This document shows positions 26,571 through 39,387 of a stretch of DNA of 64,000 nucleotides, piece by piece. The position numbers and the translations under genes are program-made. The notes under the pieces were generated by a model, which was not told the DNA's origin, searched no databases, and saw only the letters and a program-made list of their open reading frames with translations. Each line of letters opens with the position of its first letter. Within the stretch, counting starts at the first letter, position 1. This stretch comes from Octopus sinensis (taxonomy: Eukaryota). The stretch covers positions 43,214,001 through 43,278,000 of the forward strand of contig NC_043010.1 in NCBI RefSeq assembly GCF_006345805.1, in the 5' to 3' direction.

Positions 26571-27989
26571 GTGAATAACTCACTAATCACATAAATTTTG
26601 CCAGGAATAAGACCAATCTTGAGTCAAATTGAAGAATAATAATTGGCACTGCATGCCCATTATGTGGAGCACTATCACTGTAAATTTTATAGTTCTATAG
26701 AATTTTAATGTCAATTTAAAATTCAGTAGAACTGCTATTATCAGGGAAATCGCCATGCTTGATATACAGCAAAAGTGTAGGCAGAAATTCCACATATACA
26801 CATGTTCTTTATATTATACATCCAAGGTAAATAATTGATGCATAAGAAGTAGAGCAGGATCCCAGAAAGATAGACTTTAAATGTGACAGGTGCACAAGAG
26901 TGCAAAATAAAATTCATTTGAATGCAAAATAAATTCATTTGAATACAAAATAAGTACGTTCGAATACCCGTAAGTTTTCTTAGAAGCAGTAGATAGCTTC
27001 TGCTACATTAGGGACCTAATTTGCAGTGGGATAAGATGATCTGTAACTGTAGTAACCACAGATAGATTATCATCATTTAATATTCACTTTCAGGCATGAG
27101 TTGAGACAGAGCTGAAAAAAGTTCAGGGAGCTATCAACTCTGCTGATAATAAAGGGTTTCTCTTCAAAGCGAAGGTAGTTTGTATGATGCAGAATTTGAA
27201 CTTTGAAATATGAACTTTGTAGTTCATATTTAACCCCCCCCCCCAAAAAAAAACACTCTAACAAGCTGGTTCCTACAAATTACATAATAATATTACTTAA
27301 GGATGAGTGAAACAGATGTAGGGATGAATATTTTGAAATATCATTGATTGTTTTCTGTTGTCCTTTAGCGCTTTAGCATTACTCAGTTAAATGTAATCCT
27401 TATTTATTCACATTGTTTCAAATTAATCACTGAGTAAGAGGTTGGATCTGGTCAGTTTAAATGCTAAAGAGTTAAAAGTACTTTGCTTTGTTTGTCTATT
27501 TCACAGTATATGCAACAGTGTACATGGATATGCATTTTACATGAGATGAGGAGTTTAACATGGTAAATTATTCTGATCTCTAACATAACTGATTATTTGT
27601 TGTGTGTAGACAGCACATCATGTCGTATGTATGTGTATATTTATATATATATATATATATATATCAACATCATTTAATTTCCTTTGTTGGCTGGATGGTT
27701 TGATTAGAGCTGACAGGCTGGGGAGCAGCACCAGACTCCAGGCTGATTTGGCATGGTTTCTATGACTTGATGCCCTTTCTAATGCCAACCACTTTACAGA
27801 GTGTGCTGGATGCTTTTACGTGGCACCACATCGGTACTTTATGTGGCGCTGCATGGGAGCTTTTACATGGTATTGCGTGGGTGGTTTTATGTAGCACTGT
27901 AGTGGTGCTTTTACATGGTACTGCATGGGCACTTTTATGTGACACCACCATGAATGCTTTTTACGTGGCACTAACCCAGAACTCTTGCA

Positions 27990-29225
27990 GGTCAATCCTC
28001 ACCACCAGTGGGACTGGTCTTAACTCTTTTGCTGCAGAGTATGGGTCTTCTTGAGTACAGCAAGATGCCAAGCTTCTCAGTCCTTTGTCATCTCACCTGA
28101 AAGGTTCAGTGTCCTCAGGTTGTTTTTTTTAGCACTTTGTCCCATGTCTTCCTGGGTCTTACACTTCCACATTCCATCTACTTTGAGAGATGAGCACTTC
28201 TTCAGGGAGCTGTCGGCATTCATCCACATCACATGACCAAGCCAGAGCCGTCTTCTGTCTTGCACACAGCAACTAATTCCTCTTATGCCTAACTTCTCTT
28301 TTAAAGCACTAGCAGTCAGCTGAACATGTACACTTACATTACACATCCAGTGGAGCATACTAGACTCATTTCTCTCTAGCCTTTGCATTCAGAGCACACA
28401 TTTCACTACCATGTACAATTACTGTCCATATACATCCATCATACAATTTTCTTTTCACTCAGAGAGAGAAACCTTTCATACCCAAAAGAGGTAACAGCTC
28501 TCTGAATTTCCTCTCTCGTATTCTTATTCTAGCTATCACATTCTTTATGCATCATCCCCACAACTAATTTGGTCCCCTAAGTAGCAGAAATTATCTACTA
28601 CTGCTGATGAGCCACCAGAATTGATAGAATCAATTTCTTGAGTCTCTATAGTTTTTATGGATCCTGAGCATCTTTCACATACAGAGACTATCTTCACTGA
28701 TAATCTTCATATTAATCCACTGCACCTCTTGTGTGTACATAGCTTACACTGGGTACACTGTATGGAGATCCTGCTTACACCTCTCCTACAAATTGAACAG
28801 GGCTACCTATCTGAAGGGAATAGTAGGGTCCTGTCAGTTTTCTTGTTTACTAGGACTTTAGTCTTTGCTAAGTTAACCTAAAGGCCCTTAGATTCCAGGT
28901 CTTGCTTCTACACCTGATATGGAATCTGCTATGAGGGTAAGATCATCAGCATATAGCAGTTCTCAGAGGCTGCAGGTCTTGAATTCTTCTGTTATGGCTT
29001 GGAGGACAATGATGAAAAGGAAGGGACTAAGGAATGAGCCTTGATGAAACCCTACCTATACACAAAAGTCTCTGTTGGACTCATAGTTAACTCTCACCTT
29101 ACTTACAGTGTATCTGTACATAGCCTGTACAGCTTTCACCAGCCACACATCTATCCCTAGTCTCCTCAGTGCCCACCATATCACACAGCAGGGTATTCTG
29201 TTGAAGGCTTTCTCTAGATTATATA
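27990..29225 (-). mobile_element. RTE-type LINE, RT and 3' region, degenerate
   Basis: LEKAFNRIP, VGFHQGSFLSPFLFIIVL, LLYADDL and LERNESSMLHWMCNVS...RRRLWLGHV. Confidence 0.85.
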
Positions 29226-29654
29226 TATATATATATAATGTACATACATGTATTGGAGACTATATAATTACATAGATTATATACCTATACATGTGTGCAT
29301 TTGTGAATGTGAATATATATGTAGCACTACTGATGAGCTTTAATTTCAAGTGAAAATGGCTTGCCAATTTAGTACCCTTGCTTGCTATGGGGTGGTTAAT
29401 TCCCCTGTCAACACATAGACTTGTGCTATGCTTGTGGCTATAAGGGTCTTTGACTCTTATTTCCAGCAATGTAGGTGCTATAATGCACCTTCAGTCATTA
29501 TTAGTGACAATTGAATTCTTCCTTTTTGGTTTTACATTGCATCTAGCCACTTTTATTATTTTATGTATGATGATATGTACACCACAGGCATATGTTTGGA
29601 TATATATACACACACACAGATACACATGAATATAATTATGTGTAAAAGAAAACA

Positions 29655-30010
29655 AAGCCACTGCGTGGCACCTTGGGCAAGTGTCTCCTATTATAGCCTC
29701 GGGCTGATTAAAGCCTTGTGAGTGGATTTGGTAGACGGAAACTGAAAGAAGCTCATTGTATATACGTATATATATATGTATGCATGTGTATGTTTGTGTG
29801 TCTATTTGTCCCCGCAACATCGCTTGTCAACCGATGGTGGTGTGTTTGCTTCCCCATAACTTAGCGGTTCGGCAAAAGAGACCGGTAGAATATGTACTAG
29901 GCTTACAAAGAATAAGTTCTGGGGTCAATTTGCTCGACTAAAGGTGGTGCTCCAGCCTGGCTGCAGTTAAATGACTGAAACAAGTAAAAGAGTAAAAAGA
30001 GAGTAAAGAG
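29655..30010 (+). mobile_element. SINE family B, 5' truncated
   Basis: ggcaccttgggcaagtgtc...aaggtggtgctccagcctggctgcagttaaatgactgaaacaagtaaaagag. Confidence 0.85.
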
Positions 30011-31379
30011 TAAAGCCATCACTTGCAAGTGAATATAATCTGATAGCAGGTACCATGCTTTTGGTAACACTTAAGGTGCCTATGTAATAATTCTGAGCAG
30101 AGGCACTGTCTTGGCTTTCCTACTCAGCAGACCACTGAAGGTGAGGATAGACCACCTCAAAGCTGGTTCATGTTTTCAGCTGAGTAGACCAACACTAAGT
30201 GAAATGATATTTCTTACTCAAGGACACAATATACAAATCCAGTAGTCAAACCCACATCGTTATGATCAGGAGACCAACACTCTAGCCACTTGGCAATGTG
30301 CTTTCACATACAGTAATCCTTTGTCATATTGAGACTCACTTATTTTGGTTTATTATTTAAGCATTGATTCCTCTGTGGTTTTGTTTTGCATTTATAATAA
30401 AATAAATATATACAAATTATAAAAATTTAAAAAAAATATATACAGTGCAGTACTGTTTCTACTTCGCAGATTTTCACCTGTTGTGGAGGGTTTTGGAATG
30501 TAACACCTGCGATAGTCAAGGGATTACTGTATACATATATTGGTGTCTCAGAGTATATACCATCATCATCATTTTTACAACCCTACTCATGAGATGGACA
30601 GCTCACTCTGATCTGTATCTGCCTTTGTTTGGAGTTATTGTCCTACTAGACAGGTCAAAAGCCCATGTCTAGTTCAACACATTCCATTTTTGGCTTGGTT
30701 TCTAGGGTCGGATGTCCTTCCTAACATTACCAACTTTACAGAGTATATTGCAGCATTTTATCATGACACCAGCACTAGAGAGGATGTCACATCTTCTGAC
30801 AGATTAAAGAGTCCCCTCAAATCTATATTGTGTCTGCTCATTCACTAACCACTTTTACAGTGCACAGGTTCATTTTAGTGTGGCATCAGCACCATTGATG
30901 TTGCATAGTGCCCCATAAGACTAAAGAATCCTCATGACTCCTTGGAGTCTCTGTTCATTCAAGGAAACATTACCAGAAAAGTTGAATAAAAGAAAGACTG
31001 ATAACTAAAGAACATGAGTAAGTGGGTTAGGAGAGTAAAAGTAAGATGAGGGAAGCAGTTTAAAGGATGCTAGGGTCAGTAATGGAAGAGACTGAATAGT
31101 GAAGTGAGAGTATGGCAGGAGAAAACAGGGTGAGTGGAGGTGAATGGAGAGGAGTACCAGAGAGATTAGTGATAGAGAGATGAGACGGTAAGGAACACAT
31201 ATTGGGAGCAGCATATAGAAGCTTAGCAAGGTTATGTCAAGCAAATGTCTGTACAAAGACAGCAAATGAAAGCTAAATTGGGCAATATAGATATGTATTC
31301 CATCCAATATTTTAATGTTCCTTATGCCATGCCAGCAAGAGTAGCTGAATTTTATCAAGTACTGTATGTTGCCAGTCAT

Positions 31380-31730
31380 CATGATCCCCTACATGAGATG
31401 CAGCATCCTGAGATTAGTCTTCACTACTTCATCCTTAGACTTTCTATGTCTACCTCGTGTAGAGGTTCCATCAATTTTGAATGCTCTGCACCTTTTTATA
31501 CCATTACCATCTTCATGTGCATTATATGTCCACACTGTGATGAAAATCCAGGCTGTCTTGGAAGTGAAAGCTGCCCAGATGTTGATATTAATGTGGAAAT
31601 TTTCAGAAATTGCTTCAGCTGTTTCCTCCAGCAGAATGAAGCACACTTGCTTTGAGATTTGTTTGTCTTCCATTCGAAGCACATGTCTTGTTCACTGACA
31701 GGTTACTAGGTCAATAGGTGACTGAATGTC
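31380..31730 (-). mobile_element. RTE-type LINE 3' fragment, same family as 27990-28400
   Basis: HEDGNGIKRCRAFKIDGTSTRGRHRKSKDEVVKTNLRMLHL resembles the RTE C-terminal GRPRK motif region. Confidence 0.7.
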
Positions 31731-32669
31731 AGACAGACAAAGAAATTGTCATTTACAGAGAACATGCTCAACTTTAAACTGCAGAAAGATGAAGATCATC
31801 ACAAGAAAATGTTAGTGTTTGATATGAATTGGAGAGGAAACAAGAAATGCAAGAAGAAGCAAGAGGGATTCCAAGTAAAAAAGAACTCAAACAAGATAAA
31901 CCGAAACACAAAAGGGAAATGGAGAAAGGCTCAAAGCAAAAAAGTTTAAAATCATTGAAAGACAGATAAACCTGTTAACTTTGACTGTAAGCACTAGGTG
32001 TGTGTGGGTGTACTGACACTACTTATCACATGCAGGTATTATTTTCTTGTTTCACAAGTAAAATTGTTAAAGCATTATATCACACCAAATTAATCTTTTA
32101 TTGTTTTATCATGTGTTTTGTTAGTATAACAAACTGATGAAATAGATAAGTATGATTTTTTTTAATGCTGTGAGATAAACTGAGAGCAATCATGGAATAT
32201 AGATTATCATTTTTACTTCAACAGAATTTCTTCAATATATTAGTTTCACTTGTGCATGCTTATTTATTTCAAAGATTAGTTCCAAAATATTCAAATGATT
32301 TGCAGTTGAAAAATATAAAAGTAGTTCTATATTTACAGTAAAATTCACATGTTAGTATGGTAGTGTCTGGTACTTATCCAACATTTTTTTGGTTATTAAT
32401 GAGCAATATTTGTTTAAAATGTTTATTGTCAGAGCATTGCTATCACTTTCATTGCGAAATCGAAGAAAAGCTCAAGTCTTTGGAAGTGAACTATTCACTA
32501 TACGCAGAGCTGAATTTTGTTGTTTCAAATAAGCAAACTAATATTAGATTGCTGGGATTCTGACTTTTTATTTGAGTGAAGGCTCTCGAAGACCATAGAT
32601 TGCTACGAGCTTGACCGCGACCGTGTGTAGGCTAGAAATATTTGATTTCGACGCTAAAACTCTTGGAAA

Positions 32670-32703
<34 letters not shown>

Positions 32704-34737
32704 GTGGAGGAATTGGATGAATAGCTGGATATATGAAAAGATATCTAAAAAAAAATGTGAATAAATAGAACAGGAATGGATGAACGGTCATTTAGTAAAA
32801 TAAAATGTGTAGAGATAGACAAGTGGTAACTTAATTATAGATTAATAGATTGCTAGTTAGTTAATTAGTTAGTTAGTTAACTAGATAGTTAGTTAATTAG
32901 TCACATTAGATCTTACCAGTTTTATCCATGTTCTTGAAGTTTTGAACCGAGATCCGTTGTAGACAATTGGCATTTCAATAACATCACTTGACGAGTATTA
33001 GTAACTAAACAGAATGGATATATAATAATTAATTAAGCAACGATTTAACCTTTCTTTTTTTTTAATAATATAGCGCAAGTAGATTACAAGGCATATATCA
33101 AAATTGTAAAGGTAAACAAATGATTGACTTACACTAATAAATCATCTTACTTTTAAAGGGAAGTTGGCGGTAAAAACTTGACAAGTCTTTTTAATGAATC
33201 TTTCGCTCTCCTACTAATCCAGCAAAAACACAAATTTATAGTAATAGAATAAGAGACTAAACAGATGCAATTCGTTCTCTGTTGCTTAATTAATTTATAG
33301 TTCCATTTTGGTAAAACAGATCTAATTATGATTGGATCACAAGGACATTGTCTACTGCTGTTGCATCTTGAAGGTTTCGGTGTTGCCGGTGTATTTCCCT
33401 TGTTGTCAAACAACCCGATTCTCGCTTAAACTAACTCACATATTTGTTAATTTGGTTATATTAAAGAAAAAAATATATATACCGTGTTTAAAATATCTTA
33501 ATAAAAACAAAGTTTGAGTTATGCTAGTGAGTAGATAGAGCGACAATTAGAAGTAAGGGATCATCCATAAAGTCATTTGCTTCCTCTTTCTGCATAAAAT
33601 GTATCCCTCAATTCTTTTGGACTCTTCACCATATTACCATTTGCCTTAATTATCTAAATTCGCACTGTAGGCCGATACGAATTATTTCCCTTAGCTCATT
33701 TTTCTAACGATTTTATTTGTTCTTGGACTTTCCTAAATCTGTTTAAATTGGGATTGGAGGAGAAATATTCTATTTCTTCCCTTCGTTTTGAAAGGACTCG
33801 ATATCTAGAATTATAGCCAGCTTGGTATAGGTATAGAATAACGTCAGGAAAAGTAAAAAGTAAAAGCTGTATGACGTATCGAATTTGTCTTTTGAAATTA
33901 TGGTATAAAAACATATAAAAGATGAAGATTTCATTAAAAGAAAATTTGTCAAGATTTGTTAAGTCTCTGACAATTGTAAATAATTTCTAAAAAAAAGGTT
34001 GCCTAAGAACGCCGTTTCTAACGTGTACTGTACTATGAACAAACTATCTCTCTTACCCGACACAACAAAACTAAATATGACCAAGAAAAATAAAGACAAA
34101 AAAGAAGAGAGAAGAAAAGGAAAAAAGATGGACATTGAGGATTTGGTACCAGTTTCTTCTGACAAAAGTGGAAACTTTTGCACAATGTAAACGGTAATGT
34201 TGAAAGCTTCTAGTTAAAGTAAAACCAAGAGTACGTTATTTTGGATATAATGCGAAAAAAATTTGATAAAAACTTAGCGAGAAAAAAAAATTGATAAAAA
34301 TATAAAAGACGAAAATTGAATGCCCTTCATTACCGATAGCTGTCCAGTATGAACCAATTTGGTGTTAATTTATCGAAAACAGTTTAATGAAATATAATTA
34401 ATTGAAAACAATTACTCGAAAAAAAAAAGTAACAGATCGAAGTAATATTTGCACGAATAAACATTTAATCGAATTATGAGAGGATATGGAAAACAGGTTA
34501 AAGGAAAATGGATACTGTGTTACATTTTATTTAAATATTGTAAATTGCAATGTTATGCAAAATTTAATCTCCCGTTATGGGCAATCGCAACATATAGTTT
34601 TGAGATTGCCCACAACGGCACATAACACGTGCGTGTGTATCGCATTTGTTTCCAATATAAACACATACATATAGACTACACTGGTTTTTACCTTTTAATA
34701 AAATTATTTGAACGAAACGTTACAATATAACCTTACT

Positions 34738-34780
34738 GAGCCAATCTTCTATATTAGCATGTGGTTCAACCGGAAGTAAA
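34738..34780. promoter_or_regulatory. Possible promoter: CCAAT box and ETS motif CCGGAAGT
   Basis: gagccaatc at ~34738-34746 and CCGGAAGT at 34770-34777, at the edge of a stretch of non-repetitive sequence. Motif match only. Confidence 0.25.
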
Positions 34781-34794
34781 ATCTGAAGACAGAA

Positions 34795-35465
34795 ATTGAA
34801 ATACCTATTTCTTTACTGCCCACAAGGGGTTACACACAGAGGGGACAAGGATGAAAGGCAAAGCTGACCTCCGCGGAATTTGAACTCACAACGTAGCGGC
34901 AGATGAAATACCTATTTCTATTTCTTTACTACCCCACAAGGGTCTAAACACAGAGAGGACAAACAAGGACAGACAAACGATTATATCGACCTCAGTGCGT
35001 AACTGGTACTTATTTAATCGACCCCGAAAGGATGAAAGGCAAAGTCGACCTCGGCGGAATTTAAACTCAGAACACGAAGACAGACAAAATAACTATTTCT
35101 TTACAAACGGATTAAGTCAATTATATCGATCCCAGTGCGTAACTGGTACTTGTTTAATCGACCCCGAAAGGATGAAAGGCAAAGTCGATCTCGGCGGAAT
35201 TTGAACTCACAACGTAGCAGCAGACGAAATACCTATTTCTTTACTACCCACAAGGGTCTAAACACAGAAAGGACAAACAAGGACAGACAAACGGTTTAAG
35301 TCGATTATATCGACCCCAGTGCGTAACTGGTACTTTTTAATCGACCCCGAAAGGATGAAAGGCAAAGTCGACCTCGGCGGAATTTGAACTCAGAACGTAG
35401 CGGCAGACGAAATACCGCTAAGCATTTCGCCCGGCGTCCTAACGTTTCTGCCAGCTCGCCGCCTT
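34795..35465 (-). mobile_element. Head-to-tail array of four SINE family A units
   Basis: ggatgaaaggcaaag(t/c)(c/t)gacct/gatct...cggaattt occurs four times. Only the rightmost unit carries the 5' head (gcggcgagctggcagaaacgttag on the minus strand). Confidence 0.9.
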
Positions 35466-36804
35466 AGAAATAGAAATACCGACACAGAAAAAATCGAAAA
35501 GTACTTAGTGAAACTGGTGATACAGGCTTACATATGACAATGGAGAGCGAACACTAACTAATTGAGAGATGGTGGATCTCACTCGGTACACAAATGATAT
35601 CTCATGGCTTATGTTGGAGCGGAATCTTTGAGAAATGGGATTATACATAGGATTGTGAACCATTCTCTAACGGTTCAATAATCCAACCGATCCAGAAGTG
35701 AACATTCTTTTTCGGATTTCATACATATACGCATGCACACCACACACACGCACGCATACGTGACAGTAGAGAACATGGTTTTGGTGGGGCTGGACGCAAA
35801 ATTTTTCCCCACGAGAGTACCGGACCACAGTTATGAACTCATTTGCATACAACCAATCAGAGCTCAACTATTAAACTAATTTATGAGCTCGTAACAAATG
35901 ATGGGCGGTAAGATCAGATCACTTGGGTAAGGAATGACCATGCTCCTGTTCTCTTATAATAATGCTTCTTGTTGTTCAGGTTTCAACCATGGCTGCCTCT
36001 GCCTAGTTGTGCTATAATGGAATTGAAGGCTTGTGATACCTGTGGAGTATTTCCTTCTCTCATTATTATTATTTCTTTCGTCTTAAGGATCTGGAACACG
36101 AAGGAGTTTACAAGCTGAGTGCAATTCAATAGTCGTTTATTTTTAGTTCTCGTTCATGTGGCTTGCTCCCAGTGACCATCTTTATGGTAGCGAGTGGTTC
36201 GTTATAGCTCCGTTCACGGGAGGTTCATTACCTCTGGAGATAACAGGTGAAGTTAGAGCGGGCTAAGAATCCGCTGTGAGCTGCCAGATTCGCAGTGTTT
36301 CTCGGCGTAAGCGAGAAGGAAGAAAGAGATGATTTTTTATTACCCACCAGGGGACAATACAAACACATGTGGGGGACATATAAAAACGAAAAAATAAATA
36401 TCTGGGATAATAAAGATTTGCTAACTTTCTTAAGACGTGAAGGATGACGAATAAAACAAGATGCTTTCATTCACAACGTTGCTATCAAACATGTGGCCGA
36501 TCAAAATTAAGTTAAAAACAGGAAAACACACACATACATACATGCGTACATTCATAAATGCATACAGACAGACAGGCAAGAAAAATTATGTACCACCATA
36601 GAAGTCAGCTGTCCTGTTGATGTGAATGCTTCTTTGAAAACAAACAAACACACGCACAAAAAAGGGGAAAGAATAACTACGTACAACTGGTCCGAAACCT
36701 CCAGCTCATATATCTAGATAATAATTTCACGTTTATACCAACAATAATAGGCGTACTTGATTTTGTAAGTTAATGATTAAGTGACAATCTGGATAAGCCA
36801 GTTA

Positions 36805-37845
36805 GGATCTTTTCTTTTTGATGGACGGAATTTTCTAGTTAACTTAAACAATTTGAAACTTCGTATACTGGTAGAATGTGTCAAAAGAAAACATTATCGA
36901 AAACAAAATTGTAATTTGTAAGTTTAACGTAGTTTAATTCTTCGAATTTTAACCAATGAAATCCCAGCATTGAGCTCAATTCATTTGAAGCGTCTAAGTA
37001 AACAGCACACACACACACGCACACGTGTTAGTCATCCTTTGTCTTCTGTCTTCTGCATGTGCTAGAAATAACAGCTATATCTCTTCAATCGATGAATTTT
37101 GTCGCCCAATAAAAATATTAACGATATTTTTTGAATATTTTCTTTATTTTTTTTTACCGAAAAGGCTTCTCCCATGTTTATTTCAATGTCATCCCTGACT
37201 TACGGAACGATTACCTGTGTGTTTTTGTTGTGTATGTGTGTGTGTGTTTTTTTTGTTGTGTATGTATGTGTTTTTTTGTTGTGTATGTGTGCGTGTGTGT
37301 GTTTTGTTGTGTATTAGTGTGCGTGTTTTTGTTGTGTATGTGTGTGCGGGTGTTTTTGTTGTGTGTGTGTGTGTAATCTCCAGGGGTACAGGCATCCAGC
37401 AACAGGACCTCCGTAATGCCATGATGGACCGTGAAGTCTGGCGTAGCATGGTAAATTCCATTGTCTCGACTACGGTCGAACAATGATGATGATGTGTGTG
37501 TGTGCATGTGAAGTATGTAAGTGGTGCGTTAGGCATGACTTTATAGGAAATAACAAGACAATGCATGGAAACCGAAAAAAAAAAAAAAAAATTGATATCC
37601 TGCGAAAGCGGAACGAATACGAACATGTTTTAAAAGTCCAAAAAATATTGTTAATATTTTTATTGGGCGACGAAATTCATCGATTATTTCTAGCACATGC
37701 AGAAGACAGAAGACAAAGGACAAATTACAATTTTGTTTTCAATTTTGTATACAATAATGTTTTCTTTTGACACATTCTACCAGTCTACGAAGTTTCAAAT
37801 TTTTTAGTTAACTAGAAAATTCCGTCCATCAAAAAGAAAAGATCC
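36805..37845. mobile_element. Foldback MITE, family F (GGATCTTT...AAAGATCC), with a central RTE 3' end and GT-rich repeats
   Basis: Long inverted arms (cttcgtatactggtagaatgtgtcaaaag versus cttttgacacattctaccagtctacgaag). The central 37374-37493 reads DLRNAMMDREVWRSMV plus a (gat)n tail. No TSD was found for this copy. Confidence 0.8.
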
Positions 37846-39099
37846 CCTTTTTTTAAATGAAATTTTCCACAGATAAACCATAACCTGATGAAACAAAGTT
37901 GTAAAGATTTACAAATTTAGGCGCCAAAACGATTTAGAAAACGTGGAATTTCCACGTGTTCCACAAGTTACTAGTAATTTTAATTTGGTGAATGTGAGAG
38001 CCCCTCTGTGGTCGCTTGACATGCTAGAAATAGTCAGAAGCTTCTTCAAACAACACACTAACCGGGTTTAAAAGGAGACACTTTGGGTAATACATTCCGA
38101 GGTAAACTGTGCGAGTTAAAAAGAAAAGAAGGAAGGGACGGACGGACGGAATGGTAAAGAATACGTACACCTGGTGTTTAGAATTAGGGGTTAGGAGTTA
38201 GGGTTTTTGTTACGCCGAAAACGGGTGGTGTGCGTATTCTTTACCTCCGCCTTTTGGCTCATGATCGTTAATCCGTGGTTTCGATTCTCGTACTCAGCTG
38301 AAAATGAGTACCAAAACACAGCTGGGGAGGAGTGGCCCAAGGTGCCACAACTTGGGACTGAACCTGGAATCATGTGGTTGGGAGGGAAACTTATCTACAA
38401 AGCTTATATATATCACCCTCTTGAAACGCACCCATTAAATCTAGGTACTACTTTTTTGTCATAGCTAGATTCTCTTTCCACAGAAAACATTAAATAAACA
38501 AAATAAAATGGCTCGAAGTTGTATGTAATACGTTTGTATTATATTCTAATAATCGAGAGTAAAGTTACATATTGAATATTTTATACAGAAACGACTCCGC
38601 GCACGTGCGTGTGTGTGTGTGTGCATGTGCGCGTTATTCATTCATTTCGTAACTGAGCGTGAGAAAAATAAAGAAAAGTTGCTCGAAATGACAATCGAAA
38701 TAAGGTTGCAGAATTCGGTCCGCTAAATATATATTTAAAGGCAGGAGAGATGCATGAATGTAGCAGTAAAAAGTATGAAATTTAAGCTGTGAGGAAAATT
38801 AAGAATAAAAACATCGAAAAAGATTGCTCAATTACCTCCCTTGAATAATGACGTCTTATTGAAGAAATCACTTATGAAAGAATGTTTAATTAATAGATTT
38901 GTAAAATTTAGACAAGAAAAGCAAATTATATAAAAGTACTTTTATCAAACAATTATAAATGATGAAGTAAATAAAATACTTAAAAAATTATTATATTTCT
39001 CTTTAGTCTAAATAATAAAATGGAATATATATTTTATATGAAATCAGTCGATGATATTGCCAGTAAATGAATATATTTAAAATCTTAAGGTGGAAAAGC

Positions 39100-39262
39100 A
39101 TACTTACCTGGCACAGGGGTAAACCATGATCATCAAGGTGGTTCTCCCAGAGTGAGGCCCTTCCATTGCACTCCGGTTGGGTTGACCTTTGCGATCGCCC
39201 CAAATGTGGGCGACTCGGGTGCGCTATTTCTAAGTGTGGGGTCTGCGTTCGCGCTCACCCCG
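39100..39262 (+). ncRNA. U1: U1 spliceosomal snRNA gene (variant Sm site)
   Basis: Starts ATACTTACCTGG and contains the loop II ATTGCAC (39165-39171), stem III TCGCCC-CAAATGT-GGGCGA and terminal stem IV GGGGT-C-TGCG-TTCG-CGC-TC-ACCCC. Length is 163 nt, with no poly-A tail and a 3'-box-like AAAGAACAGA downstream. Confidence 0.95.
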
Positions 39263-39387
39263 TAAATCAAACAAAGAACAGACTGATCAATCCCTCTCCC
39301 TATCAATCTAATAGTGATTTTCTTAGCAGAGATGTGATAGAATGGCGTAATGTGTTAATCCGTGGGTTCGATTCTCGTACCCAGTCA

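Noticed and set aside
33696-34190. Short protein-like ORFs (72 aa minus, 63 aa plus)
   Set aside because: No domain was recognised and the lengths are within chance expectation. They are kept only as part of the repeat-free island finding.
35920-36130. Plus-strand mini exon/intron structure (gtaagg...ttcag, cttaag|gatctgg)
   Set aside because: The resulting ORF is only MAASA*, and splice-like motifs are frequent by chance in AT-rich DNA.
38184-38204. Interstitial telomere
   Set aside because: Only 2-3 degenerate TTAGGG units are present, and similar short motifs recur inside MITE arms.
39340-39385. tRNA gene downstream of U1
   Set aside because: Only a B-box-like T-loop is present and no cloverleaf forms. 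Similar text at ~38265-38295 indicates a SINE head fragment.
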